Shown here: positions 41,315-52,960 of the stretch, piece after piece
How the letters are laid out: every line of letters starts with the position of its first letter
How positions within the stretch are numbered: the stretch's first letter is position 1
Assembly: GCA_963702425.1 (NCBI GenBank)
Contig: CAVPCQ010000011.1
Coordinates: forward strand, 224,001-288,000
Origin: an uncultured Acidobacteriota bacterium
GTDB taxonomy: Bacteria > Acidobacteriota > Polarisedimenticolia > J045
Direction of reading: 5' to 3'
DNA: 64,000 nucleotides
The notes under the pieces: model-generated
What the model was told of the DNA's origin: nothing
The model's input: only the letters and a program-made list of their open reading frames with translations
Databases searched by the model: none
Made by a program: the position numbers and the translations under genes

Positions 41315-41515
41315 CGTCTCCCCTTTGCCAGTCCATGCCGTTTCGGTGTAATCGTTACGCGGGTTCGTAGCAGCATAGCGCTCCGAAACGAGAAGCCGTA
41401 CGCGGGCCGGCGTTGTATCCTCGCCTTTGGGGCGAGTCGGTGCGCGAACGGGTTGGTGCTTGCCTGGAAAAGCGGCGGCACGAGATCGCACCGTCGCACG
41501 GAGGAAATCGATACC

Positions 41516-42088
41516 ATGAAGACTGCCCATCGCAGCTCGCTGGTCGTGGCGCTCGCGTTCGCGCTTGCCCTGGCCCCGTCGTTCGCCCTGGCCGCCCCGG
41601 CGCTCTCGAGCGCCGTGTCCGGCCGCATTTTCGCCGCCGACCTGAAGACCCCCGCCGCCGGCCTGTCGGTGCAGGCGGTCCCGGACGGTGCGAAGGAACC
41701 GGTCGCCCGGGCCACGACCGATCTCCGCGGCCGGTTCCAGCTCCAGGAGATCCCCGCGGGCCGCTACCTGCTGGTCCTCTACGACCCGCAGGGCGCGCCC
41801 CTCGCCGCGGCGCCACTCGTGGCCGAGAAGGCCGCGATGTCGATCACCCTCGCGCTGCCGAAGCCGGGTTCGCTCGCGCCGGGTGAGACCCAGGAAGCCC
41901 CCCCGGGAGAGTCCAATGTCGAGGCGGCGACCAAGTCCGGCTTCTCGACCTGGGTCTCGAGCCCCGTCGGCGCGACGGTCGTGCTACTGGCGTCCGCGAC
42001 CATCGTCGCCGTCGGCGCCGACCAGCTGACGAACGACGACACCGACACCAAGGAGATGAAGGGCAGCCAGTCGAGCCCGTCACGCTGA
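41516..42088 (+). CDS. Secreted carboxypeptidase-regulatory-like domain protein with C-terminal hydrophobic segment
   Basis: GGAGG RBS, signal peptide, ATTDLRGRFQLQEIPAGRY, tail ending SPS. Confidence 0.75.
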   Translation: MKTAHRSSLVVALAFALALAPSFALAAPALSSAVSGRIFAADLKTPAAGLSVQAVPDGAKEPVARATTDLRGRFQLQEIPAGRYLLVLYDPQGAPLAAAPLVAEKAAMSITLALPKPGSLAPGETQEAPPGESNVEAATKSGFSTWVSSPVGATVVLLASATIVAVGADQLTNDDTDTKEMKGSQSSPSR

Positions 42089-42231
42089 CGCCGATCCTCC
42101 CGACGATCGCTTTCCACTGCTTCCGGGTTCCCCCCCGCACCCCGCTTTGCGGGGCGGCCCGGAAGCCCCGTCCGGCCCGCGGGCTGGAGCCGTCGCGGCC
42201 CACCCTGGCCTGCGGCGCGGAGCCACCGAGG

Positions 42232-43639
42232 ATGCTGTCCCGCGCCCGTGCACGCGCCGCCGCAGTGATCGTGCTGGCGCTGGCGTCCATCGCGCCGGCG
42301 GCTCTCTCGCAGGTCCCGACACGCGAGGAGCCGTTCCCGGCCCTGATCTCGCCGCGGCGTTGGGGGCCGCTGCTCGTCCAGCCGCAGCTGGTGCTCGAGA
42401 GCATCGGGTACGAGGGGAACGTCTTCCTGACCGCGCCCGTCTCGGTCAGCAAGCAGGAGCCGGTGTCGTCGTTCTATGCGCGCGCCGGCGCCGACCTGAC
42501 GGGGCAGCTGCAGTTCGGGCCGAACGTGGCGTTCACCTTCCATGACCGCGCGATTGGAGAGGTCTACGCGAAGTCCGAACTGTCCGCCCTGAACCACCTG
42601 GACAACGAGGCCGACGGCCAGTTCGACGTGCTGCTCGGATGGGCGCTTCTGACGGCGGGATGGGAGTACTCGTCGATCCAGGACACGCCGACGCTCGACG
42701 CCGTGAACAACCTTCCCAACCAGCAGACGCGGATCCGCACGAACGTCCCGAAGGCCGCGCTGCGCCTTTTCCTCTCGCCGCTGTGGGACCTCTCGGCATC
42801 GGCCCGCGAGGTGCGGATCCGCTACAGCAACCCGCAGCAGGATTACACCGTCCTCGTCCCCGCCAACGGCGACCCGAACGTCGTGAACGCGGCCACGGTC
42901 CCGGTCGATCAGGCGCTGGACCGCGACCGGCTATCGGCCCGCGCCGAGCTCGGCTGGCGGCCGCGGGGATCGATCCGCTACTACCTCGGCCTACGAGCGC
43001 GCCGACATCGACTTCACCTACGACCAGCTGACCGGCGACTCGGGAGGCGTCGCGTTCGACATTCCCGCGCCGCGGGACGCCACCGCCCGGCGCTGGCTGT
43101 TCGGGATCAACTTCAACCCGCTGGCCCGGCTCTCCGGCAGGCTCGAGATCGGCAAGGCGACGGTCGATCCGATCGACCCCGACTCGGGCTACAAGCCGTT
43201 CGACGGGCCGGTCGGCGTCGGCACGCTGACCTGGCGCCCGAGCGGCGCGTCCCGGGTGACGTTCTCCTACGAGCGCGACGTCCAGATCTCGATCTTCGAG
43301 AACAACCTCTACTACCAGTCGACGGCGCGAGGGATCGACGTCGAGTACTTCTTCGGCCGCCGCTGGGGGGTCCAGGGCGGCATCGGCCGCGACAGGCTGT
43401 TCTTCCCCGAGAAGAGCCCGGACACGATCAACTACCCCAACGGCTCGAAGGGGCAGGGATTCGACCCCGGCGTCCAGCGGCGGGACACGGTCGACGACGC
43501 CTATGTCGGCGTACTGACCCGGATCGTCGGCAACTTCCAGATCGGGTTGCGCTACGGGGTCCGGGACCGCACTTCGAACGACCCCTTCGCCGAGGACCGC
43601 CAGCCCTACCTCGTCACCTCCGGCAGCATCGTGTTCTGA
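42232..43639 (+). CDS. EPS-associated outer-membrane beta-barrel protein; +1 frameshift near 42990
   Basis: Signal peptide and beta strands; continues YERADIDFTY... after the shift and ends GSIVF; upstream of wza. Confidence 0.75.
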
Positions 43640-43664
43640 AACGGACCGGTCCAGGAGCATCGCC

Positions 43665-44609
43665 ATGAAGCCGTTCTCCCGCCGCCTCCCCCTGCTCGCG
43701 ATCGTGCTGGCGCTCTCGCTCGCGTGCGCCTCGGCGCAGAATCAGCCGGCCCCGCCTGCGGCCCCGCCGCCGGCGCCGGCACGGCCCGCCGCACCGCCCG
43801 CGAAGGTGCTGGCCTCGCCGTTCGTGATGCCTCCCACGTCGGACGACGACTACTCGATCGGCGCCCAGGACGTGCTGGAGATCCGCGAGTACCAGCTGAA
43901 GGACCTCGACGTCACGCGCCGGGTCGACAACGACGGCTCGGTCACGCTGCCGCTGCTCGGAAAGGTCATGGTCGGCGGGCTCAACCCGCAGCAGGCGGAG
44001 GACGCGATCGCCCAGCTGCTCCGCGAGCGCCACCTCGTCAACCTTCCGCAGGTCACGGTGAACATCAAGGAGTACGTGTCGCGCCGCGTCAGCATCCAGG
44101 GGGCGGTGGACAAGCCGGGGCTCTACCCGATGTTCGGCCCCAAGACGCTGCTCGAGATGATCGGCGAGGCCGGCGGCCTCAACGACCGGGCCGGCAAGCG
44201 GATCATCGTCCAGCGGCCCTACGCGGGGTCGGGCGACGATCGGGTCGAGATCGACATCGAGGAGCTGATCTACGAGGGAAACCCGCTGCTCAACGTCCCG
44301 CTGCAGCCGGGGGACATCGTGATGATCCCCTACCTTCAGGAGGTCCGGGTCTACGTCAACGGGGCGGTCCGAAACCCCGGGATGTACAAGTTCCCGCTCG
44401 ACCAGGAGGCCACGGTGCTGCAGGCCGTCACGGCCGCTGGGGGGGCCACCGAGCGGGCCAACGAGAGCCGGGTCAACATCGTCCGGCGCCAGGAGAATGG
44501 CACCCGGCAGGTCTTCAGGGTAAATCTGAACCGCGTGAAGAAGGGGAAGGAGGAGGATATCCTCCTCGAGGAGAACGACATCGTCGTGGTTCCGGAGTCC
44601 TTCTTCTGA
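43665..44609 (+). CDS. wza: Polysaccharide export lipoprotein (Wza/SLBB)
   Basis: LSLAC lipobox, YSIGAQDVL, DGSVTLPLLG, two SLBB repeats. Confidence 0.92.
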   Translation: MKPFSRRLPLLAIVLALSLACASAQNQPAPPAAPPPAPARPAAPPAKVLASPFVMPPTSDDDYSIGAQDVLEIREYQLKDLDVTRRVDNDGSVTLPLLGKVMVGGLNPQQAEDAIAQLLRERHLVNLPQVTVNIKEYVSRRVSIQGAVDKPGLYPMFGPKTLLEMIGEAGGLNDRAGKRIIVQRPYAGSGDDRVEIDIEELIYEGNPLLNVPLQPGDIVMIPYLQEVRVYVNGAVRNPGMYKFPLDQEATVLQAVTAAGGATERANESRVNIVRRQENGTRQVFRVNLNRVKKGKEEDILLEENDIVVVPESFF

Positions 44610-44649
44610 TCGGACCGGGCAGGCGCGAACGCGTCCGGCGGAGCGTGCA

Positions 44650-46900
44650 ATGACTTCAGCGACGAACCAGCAGGAATTCAACCTCCGGGACTACTGGCAG
44701 ATCCTGGTCCGGCGGCGCTGGCTGATCTACACCTTCCTGCTGGTGACCACCGTGGCGGCCTTCGTCTCGAGCATGGTCGCCACGCGGGTCTACAAGGCCA
44801 CGACGACGATCTCGATCGAGCGCCAGGGGGTGCGGATCCTACGCCAGGACCTGACCTCCTCCGAGCCGAGTTGGATCGACTACCAGAACTTCTACAACAC
44901 GCAGTACAAGATCCTGCAGTCGGACGCGGTGCTGGAGAACGCCGTCGCCGCGCTCGAGAAGAACGCGGTCCTCTTCCCGAGCCAGGACCCGAAGCTCAAG
45001 GACAAGTTCAGGCTGCCGACGATCGGCGACCTGACGGGAGCGATGTCGCGAGCGATTGGCCGCCAGACGCCGGGAACGGGCACCCCGGAGGATCCGAAGT
45101 ACCCGCTGATCCGCGAGTTGCGCGGGGGCCTCGCCGTCGAGCCCGTGCGCGACAGCCACCTGGTCAACATCTCGTTCGTTTCGCCGTCCCCCGCCTTCGC
45201 CGCAGCGGCCGCCAACGCGATCGCCGACGGGTACATCCTGTTCACGCTGAGCGGACGCAAGGAGATCGCGAAACAGTCGGAGGTTTTCTTCACCGAGCAG
45301 TTGCGGGGGCTTCAGGAAGAGATCACGAAGCAGGACGTCGCACTCCAGAAGTACGCGGCCGAGAAGGGGATCATCACCGGCACCGGCGACCTCAACGAGC
45401 TGACCGTCAAGAATCTCGACGAGCTGCGCAAGAAGATGACCGAGGCGCAGGCCGAGGTCGCCGACGCGCGGGCGCGGCTGCAGTCGCTGGAGCGGACGCC
45501 GCCGGCGGCGATTCAGGAGGTCCGGACCAACGAGCTGATCCAGACCCTCACCCGCACGGTGGCCGAGCAGGAGACGAAGTACCGCGAGCAGCTGACGACC
45601 TATGGCGACCAGCTGCCGGCGGTGCGCCAGCTCAAGGAGGCGCTCGACGGCTCGAAGCTGCGGCTGGCCGAGGCGACCGCCTCGCTGGCCGAGAAGGCGA
45701 TCGCCGGGGCCCGTGCCGACTACGAGCGGGCCCAGCGCAACCTCGGCGGGCTGGAGAGCCTTCAGCAGCAGTCGGCCACGCAGGTGACACAACTGAAGGA
45801 AGACTACGTCGAGTACCTGGGGCTCAAGGCGAGCCTCGATCGCACGCGCCAGACGTACAACGATTTCCTGGCCAAGCAGACCGACATGAAGATGTCGGGG
45901 CTGATGCTCGACGGCGCGGACAAGGGGCAGAACGTCCGCGTCGTCGATCCGGCCCAGCCCCCGCGCGAGGTCTACAAGCCGAAGGTCAAGCTCAACACGC
46001 TGCTTGGGCTGCTCTTCGGCCTGTTCCTCGGCGTCGCGGTCGCCTTCCTGATGGAGTACATCGACAACACCCTCAAGACACCCGAGGACATCCGCAACAC
46101 GCTCAACATCGCGGTGCTGGGGATGATCCCGGCGCAGGAGTCGGACCCGAAGCGCCGGCCGTCCAGGCGGCGGGGTGCGGTCGATCCGGAGCACGCCACG
46201 GGCGCGGCCGACCCGGCCCTGATCACCGCCCAGAAACCGCTCTCGCCGATCTCCGAGGCCTACCGCGAGCTGCGCACCTCGGTCCTGCTGGCGACCGCCG
46301 GCCACCCGCCGCGCGACATCGCGGTCACCTCCTGCCAGCCGAGCGAGGGGAAGACGACGACCGCGATCAACCTCGCGATCGCGCTGGCCCAGCTCGGCCG
46401 CCGCGTGCTGGTGGTCGACACCGACCTGCGCCGGCCACGCTGCCACATGGTCCTCAAGGCCTCGCCGTCGCGCGGCGTCAGCACTTTCCTGACCGGGATG
46501 AGCGGCCTCGACGCGCTGGTCCAGCCCACGCCGGTCGAGCGCGTGGCGCTCGTCGCCGCCGGGCCGATCCCGCCCAACCCCGCCGAGCTGCTGGACTCCG
46601 ACCGCTTCCGCGAGATGGTCGCCCTGCTCCGCGCGCACGAGGAGTACGACCACATCATCTACGACTCGCCGCCGGTCCTGTCGGTCGTCGACCCGCTGCT
46701 GATCGGCCGCCACACCGATGGCACGATCCTGGTCGTCAAATCGGGCTTCACGACGCGCGAGGCGGGTCGTCTCGGCAAGGAGAAGCTGGAGTCGGGCCGG
46801 CTCAATGTGCTCGGGATCGTGCTCAACGCGGTCCAGACCGAGAACGTGCCTTACCAGTACCGCTACTACCGCTACGGCTACGCGCGGGACAACAAGGATG
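44650..46900 (+). CDS. wzc: Polysaccharide co-polymerase/tyrosine autokinase; natural stop missing at junction
   Basis: Two TM segments, EAYRELRT, SEGKTT Walker A, DTDLRRP, DSPP, Tyr cluster YQYRYYRYGY. Confidence 0.93.
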
Positions 46901-47956
46901 GACTCGATTGGGGGGCAGCTCGACGCGTTCACCTCGAAGGAGTACGCCGGCTACTACGTGAAGGTGCTCGACGAGCACCTGCAGATCGCGGTGGACTTGT
47001 TGTCGGACCTGGTCAGCCGGCCGGCGTTCGCCGCCGACGACATCGAGCGCGAGAAGAAGGTGATCCTCGAAGAGATCAAGATGGTCGAGGACACCCCCGA
47101 CGATCTGGTGCACGAGCTCTTCACGCAGAGCTTCTGGCAGGGACATCCGCTCGGGCGCCCGATCCTGGGCACCAGGGACACCATCGAGGCGTTCTCGCAG
47201 GCCCAGCTCCGGGACTACTTCGCGGGCGCGTACGTCGCGCCGAACTTCATCGTCACGGCCGCGGGCAACCTGGAGCACGCCGCGCTCCGCGAACTGGTCA
47301 CCTCGTCCTTCGCGTCGGCGCCCCGTGCCGGCGCCTCGTACCGCGAGGACCCGCCGACGGCGACCCCCAACGTGTTGTCGCGCACGAAGGACCTCGAGCA
47401 GAGCCACCTGTGCGTCGGTGTCCACGCGTACCCGCAGGGACACGCGGATCGGTTCACCGCCTACGTGATGAACACCATCCTGGGCGGATCGATGAGTTCG
47501 CGCCTGTTCCAGAACATCCGTGAGAAGCGGGGGTTGGCCTACTCGGTGTTCAGCGGTCTCAGCATGTACCGGGATGCGGGCCTGGCCAGTGTCTATGCGG
47601 GGTGCGCCAACGAGAACGTGGCCGAGGTGCTCGACCTGGTCGTGGCGGAACTGCGCGGAATGACCGCAGACGCGGTGCCCGACGCCGAACTGCGCCGCGC
47701 CAAGGACCACCTGAAGGGCAACCTGATGCTCAGCCTCGAGAGCACCTCGAGCCGCATGACGCATCTGGCCAGGCAGGACTTCTACTTCGATCGGTTCTAC
47801 ACGCTGGATGAGACGCTGGCCAGCATCGAGGCGGTCACGGGGGCGGACGTCCTCCGGGTCGCCCGCGACCTCTTCAGCGACGGCGCGCTTTCCGCGACGG
47901 TGCTTGGCGGCGGGGCGGATGCGGGGATCGATGGGCAGCGCCTGCGGCTGTCGTGA
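46901..47956 (+). CDS. M16B peptidase, N-terminally truncated (HxxEH absent)
   Basis: DSIGGQLDAFTSKEY, EREKKVILEEI, SSRLFQNIREKRGLAYSV. Confidence 0.88.
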   Translation, partial: DSIGGQLDAFTSKEYAGYYVKVLDEHLQIAVDLLSDLVSRPAFAADDIEREKKVILEEIKMVEDTPDDLVHELFTQSFWQGHPLGRPILGTRDTIEAFSQAQLRDYFAGAYVAPNFIVTAAGNLEHAALRELVTSSFASAPRAGASYREDPPTATPNVLSRTKDLEQSHLCVGVHAYPQGHADRFTAYVMNTILGGSMSSRLFQNIREKRGLAYSVFSGLSMYRDAGLASVYAGCANENVAEVLDLVVAELRGMTADAVPDAELRRAKDHLKGNLMLSLESTSSRMTHLARQDFYFDRFYTLDETLASIEAVTGADVLRVARDLFSDGALSATVLGGGADAGIDGQRLRLS

Positions 47957-48031
47957 GGCGGCGCATGCCGTGCGGCTGGCCGGGCGGTCGACACCCTCGG
48001 CCGCCCAGCCGCGGATGAAGGCAGGACCGTC

Positions 48032-49356
48032 ATGATTCGACGCTACACGCACCCGGAGATGGGGCGGATCTGGAGCGAGGAACGCCGCTTCGAGACCTGG
48101 CTGCGCGTGGAGATCGCCGCCGCGGACGCCATGGCCGAGGCCGGCATCGTTCCCGAGGCCGCCGCGCGGGACATCCGCGAGCGCGGGGCGTTCGACATCG
48201 CCCGCATCGACGAGATCGAGCAGACCACCCAGCACGACCTCATCGCCTTCACGACCGCCGTTTCGGAGCACGTCGGGCCGTCTGCCCGATGGCTGCACTT
48301 CGGCCTGACCTCGTCGGACGTCGTCGACACCGCGCTGGCGCTGCAGATGGTCGAGGCCTGCGACCTGGTCCTGCGGAACCTCGAGGTGCTCGCGGAGACG
48401 ATCTCAGCGCCGGGCCCTCGAGCACCGCGCGACGCCGATGATCGGCCGCACCCACGGCGTGCACGCCGAGCCGATGACCTTCGGGCTGAAGCTCGCGCTG
48501 TGGTACGCCGAGCTCAGCGCGGCATCGAGCGGATGACGGCGCGCGCGCGAGACGGTCCGCGTGGGCAAGTTCTCGGGCGCGGTCGGCACGTTCGCCCACC
48601 TCGACCCCGCCATCGAGGCCCGCGTCTGCGGCGCCTCGGCCTCGCGCCCGCGCCCGGTCTCCTCGCAGGTGATCCAGCGTGATCGCCACGCCGAGCTCCT
48701 GTGCGCGCTCGCCATCGCCGCGGCCTCGCTCGAGAAGTTCGCGCTCGAAGTGCGGGGCCTGCAGAAGACCGAGATCGGAGAGGTCGAGGAGCCCTTCGCC
48801 AAAGGCCAGAAGGGGTCCTCGGCCATGCCGCACAAGCGCAATCCGATCGGGTGCGAGCAGGTGTGCGGTCTCGCGCGCCTCGTTCGGGCGAACGCGCATG
48901 GCGGCGATCGAGAACGTGGCGCTCTGGCACGAGCGTGACATCTCGCACTCGTCGGTGGAGCGGGTGATCCTGCCCGACAGCTTCCTCGCGCTCGATCACA
49001 TGCTGCGCCGCTTCACCCGCATCGTGGATGGCCTGGTGGTCTACCCGGACCGCATGCGGGAGAACCTCGACCGATCCCGCGGTGTCGTGTTCTCTGGCAC
49101 CGTGCTGCTCGAACTGGCCCGCCGTGGGGTTTCGCGGGAGCAGGCCTACGCCTGGGTGCAGCGCAATGCGATGCGCAGCCACCACGAGGCGAAGGACTTC
49201 AGGGCGCTGCTGCTGGAGGACGAGGACATCACGCGGGTGCTGTCGCCGCAGGAGATCGACAGGGCCTTCGACCTGCGAGACCAGCTCAGGAACGTCGACC
49301 GCGTGTTCGACCGCGTGTTCCAGTCACAGGCCGAGTCCACGGAAGTGGCGAGGTAG
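48032..49356 (+). CDS. purB: Adenylosuccinate lyase, multiple frameshifts
   Basis: [43 protein letters not shown] spread over several frames. Confidence 0.93.
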
Positions 49357-49409
49357 GCTTCCGCGGCCCGGGACGACCCGGGGCGGACACCAGGGCACGG
49401 AGAGCAGGC

Positions 49410-49639
49410 ATGGCGCAGCCCGCAAGGAACAACCTCTCGGTGATCGGCCGCTCGTTGATGATCTCGGCGGCGACGATGTTCCTCCTGGCGTTCCTGATCG
49501 GGCGCGGCACCCTGGCCATCGATGACACCGCGCGCCCGATGGTGTCGGGGGGCTCGTTGTCGTCGGTGCGCTGGACATCGCCATCGGCGCATTTTTCATG
49601 CGCAAGGGGCGGACGGGGGAAACCACCCACCGGTCCTGA
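49410..49639 (+). CDS. Small two-TM membrane protein, probably frameshifted near 49550
   Basis: Hydrophobic LMISAATMFLLAFLIG; second TM LVVVGALDIAIGAFF in the shifted frame. Confidence 0.45.
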
Positions 49640-49662
49640 AGGGGCCGGTTGTGAGAGCACGC

Positions 49663-51185
49663 ATGTTCGACAAGCTACACGAGGAGTGCGGCGTCTTCGG
49701 CATCTTCGGACACCCCGAGGCGGCCAACCTCGCCTACCTCGGGATCTACGCCCTGCAGCACCGTGGCCAGGAGAGCGCCGGGATCGCGCCGCCGACGGCG
49801 GCCAGGATCCGGATGCAACGCGGGATGGGATACGTCGCGGACGTGTTCGACGAGAACGTCCTCGCCACCTTGCCCGGCCATGCCGCCATCGGGCACGTCC
49901 GGTACTCCACCGCGGGCGACAGCGATCACATGAACGCGCAGCCGTTGCTGATCGACTGCGCGCACGGGCAGATCGCGGTCTGCCACAACGGGAATCTGGT
50001 CAACGCGGGTGAACTGCGCGACGAGCTGGTGCGGCAAGGCTCGATCTTCCAGACCACGAGCGACACCGAAGTCATCCTGCATCTCTACGCCAAGTCCCAG
50101 GCGCGGCCGGCGGAGCAGGCCATCATGGAGTCGCTCCTGCAGGTCACGGGCGCCTACTCGCTGGTCGTGCTCACGGGCGATCGCCTGATCGCGGCGCGCG
50201 ACCCGCACGGGTTCCGGCCCCTGGCCCTCGGACGTCTCGGGAACGGCTACATCGTCTGTTCCGAGACGTGCGCGATGGACCTCATCGGGGCGACCTACGA
50301 GCGCGACGTGCAGCCCGGCGAGGTCATCGTGATCACGGAGCAGGGTGTGCGCAGCTACACGCCCGGGCCCCCGCAGCCGCTGGCGCACTGCGTGTTCGAG
50401 CACGTCTACTTCTCGAGGCCCGACAGCGTCGTGTTCGGCCGCAGCGTCAACGAAGTCCGGACGGCCTTCGGCCGCCAGCTCGCGCGCGAGTCCGCGGTCC
50501 CAGCCGACGTGGTCGTGCCCGTGCCCGACAGCGGGGTGTGCGCGGCTCTCGGGTACTCCGAAGAGGCCGGATGTCCCGTTCCGCATGGGGCTGATCAGGA
50601 ATCACTACGTCGGGCCGCACGTTCATCGAGCCCCAGCAGTCCATCCGGCACTTCGGCGTGCGCGTGAAGCTCAACCCCGTACGGGGGCTGCTGAACGGGA
50701 AGCGCGTCGTCATGATGGACGACTCCATCGTTCGCGGAACCACCTCCCGAAAGATCGTGAAGATGGTGCGGGCCGCCGGCGCGTCGGAGGTCCACGTGCG
50801 CATCAGCTGCCCGCCCACGATCTCGCCGTGCTTCTACGGCGTGGACACCCCCCGCCGGAGTGACTTGATCGCGGCGACCCATACGCTCGACGAGGTGCGG
50901 AAATACCTCGGCGCCGACACGCTGGCGTACCTCAGCCTCGAGGGCATGCTCGCGGGCGTCGGCGACGCGCGCGCGGCCTACTGCACGTCGTGCTACACCG
51001 GCCACTACCCGGTCGCGTTCCCGCGGGATCGCGAGCAGTACCTGCAACTCGCCCTGAAACTCCACCAGCCCAACGGTCAGAAGGCTGCGGACACATCCGA
51101 CGTGCAGCCGGACGCGGTCGCGCCCGCGGCGGCAGCCATAGCCTTTCGGCGCCCGCGGTTGCCTCGGGGCGCTCAATGCGAGTGA
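49663..51185 (+). CDS. purF: Amidophosphoribosyltransferase, frameshifted
   Basis: [53 protein letters not shown]. Confidence 0.95.
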
Positions 51186-51229
51186 CGGACTTGTCCTGAG
51201 CGAAGGCAGCGAAGGAGCCGAGTCGAAGG

Positions 51230-52269
51230 ATGGACTACAAGTCGAGCGGCGTGGACATCGAAGCGGGCAACGAGGTCGTCCGCCGGATCAGGAGTCTCGC
51301 CCGGGGGACGTTCACGGCCGGCGTGCGTTCGGAGATCGGGAGCTTCGGCGGGGTGTTCGATCTCGAGCCGAGTGGCGGCGGGCCCGCGCTGGTCGCGAGC
51401 GCCGATGGTGTCGGCACGAAGCTGAAGGTCGCGTTCCTGGCCAACCGGCACGACACCGTGGGCGCCGATCTCGTGAACCACTGCGTCAACGACATCGTGG
51501 TCCAGGGTGCCCGGCCGCTGTTCTTCCTCGACTACCTCGCGACCGGCCGGCTCTCGCCGGACGTGGCGGTCGCCGTGGTCCAGGGCATGGCCCGGGCGTG
51601 CCGCGAAAACGGGTGCGCGTTGCTCGGGGGTGAGACCGCCGAGATGCCCGGCTTCTACGCCGACGGCGAATACGACCTGGCGGGCTTCATCGTCGGGCGC
51701 GTCGATCGGGCGCGCGTGATCGATGGCCGCGACATCACGCCGGGCGATGTGTTCCTCGGGCTTGCCTTCGACCGGGCTGCACACGAACGGCTACTCACTG
51801 GCGCGGCGGATCGTGTTCGACAGGCTCGGGCTGTCGGTCGACGCGGTGATTCCCCCGCTGGGGTGCTCGGTGGCGGATGCCCTGCTGGCCACGCACCGGA
51901 CGTACCTGCCAGCGGTCTGGCCGTTGATCGAAGGCGATGCGGGCACCCCGCTCGCCAAGGGGATGGCCCACATCACCGGAGGCGGGATCACGGAGAACCT
52001 CCCGCGCATCCTGCCGGAGGAACGTACGCGCCTGCATCTCGCTGTCGTCGTGGCCGGTTCCGCCGTTGTTCGAGTTCCTGCGCCAGGGCGGAGACGTGCC
52101 TGAGGACGACATGCTGCGGACCTTCAACATGGGGATTGGGATGATCGTCGCGGTGGCGCGCCACGACGTGGCCCGCGTGACCGACGTGTTGACGGCCGCC
52201 GGCGAGCGGCAGGTGTTCGTCATCGGCGAGGCGAAGGCCGGACGCCGCGAGGTGGAGTATGTCGCCTGA
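51230..52269 (+). CDS. purM: AIR synthetase, frameshifted
   Basis: [44 protein letters not shown]. Confidence 0.95.
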
Positions 52270-52960
52270 GGCGGCGGTGGTGGCGCCCAGCGGGTCCGCG
52301 CGACGAGTGGGCATCCTCATCTCTGGCCGAGGCAGCAACCTGCAGGCCATCATCGACGCCGTGGCAGCGGGTGAACTGGACGCGACGATCGCGCTGGTGA
52401 TCTCCAACATCGCCGATGCGGGCGGCCTCGGCCTCGCACGGCGTGCGGGCATCCCCACGCTGGCGCTCGATCACCGCGAGTTCCCGACGCGCGCGGCGTT
52501 CGACGCGGCGCTCGTGGCCGCCCTCCGCGCGCACGACGTCAACCTCGTCTGCCTCGCCGGCTTCATGCGCCTGCTCGGACAGGCCTTCATCGACGCGTTT
52601 CCTCACGCCATCCTGAACATCCATCCCTCGCTGCTCCCGGCCTTCCCTGGACTGCACGCGCAGCGCCAGGCCCTGCGGCACGGCGTGAAGGTGAGCGGGG
52701 CCACCGTGCATCTCGTGGACGCCGAGCTGGATGCGGGGCCCATCGTGCTGCAGGCGGCGGTCCCGGTACGCGATGACGACTCCGAGGACTCCCTCTCGGC
52801 GCGGATTCTGGTCGAGGAGCACCAGATTTACCCGAAGGCCATCGCGCTCGTGCTGCAGGCCGGATGGCGGGTCGAGGGACGGCGATTCCTCCCTGCCGTG
52901 CCGGGCGGCGCTATTCCGGCGCCGCCGGAAGGGCCTCGTGGGGGGCTCGGCGGAGCGTGA
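52259..52960 (+). CDS. purN: Phosphoribosylglycinamide formyltransferase
   Basis: LISGRGSNLQA, LAGFMR, NIHPSLLP, GATVHLV, DAGP. Confidence 0.96.
   Translation: MSPEAAVVAPSGSARRVGILISGRGSNLQAIIDAVAAGELDATIALVISNIADAGGLGLARRAGIPTLALDHREFPTRAAFDAALVAALRAHDVNLVCLAGFMRLLGQAFIDAFPHAILNIHPSLLPAFPGLHAQRQALRHGVKVSGATVHLVDAELDAGPIVLQAAVPVRDDDSEDSLSARILVEEHQIYPKAIALVLQAGWRVEGRRFLPAVPGGAIPAPPEGPRGGLGGA

Noticed and set aside
42120-42165. GC hairpin between the first two EPS-locus genes as a terminator or ops/JUMPstart element
   Set aside because: No U-tract and no GGCGGTAG ops motif.
46901-47523. Apparent novel C-terminal domain on Wzc
   Set aside because: Out-of-frame read-through across the junction into the M16 gene.
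52911-52960. 50-bp convergent overlap of purN and the metallophosphoesterase
   Set aside because: Short tail overlaps are common in GC-rich genomes and may stem from an indel in this error-prone segment.
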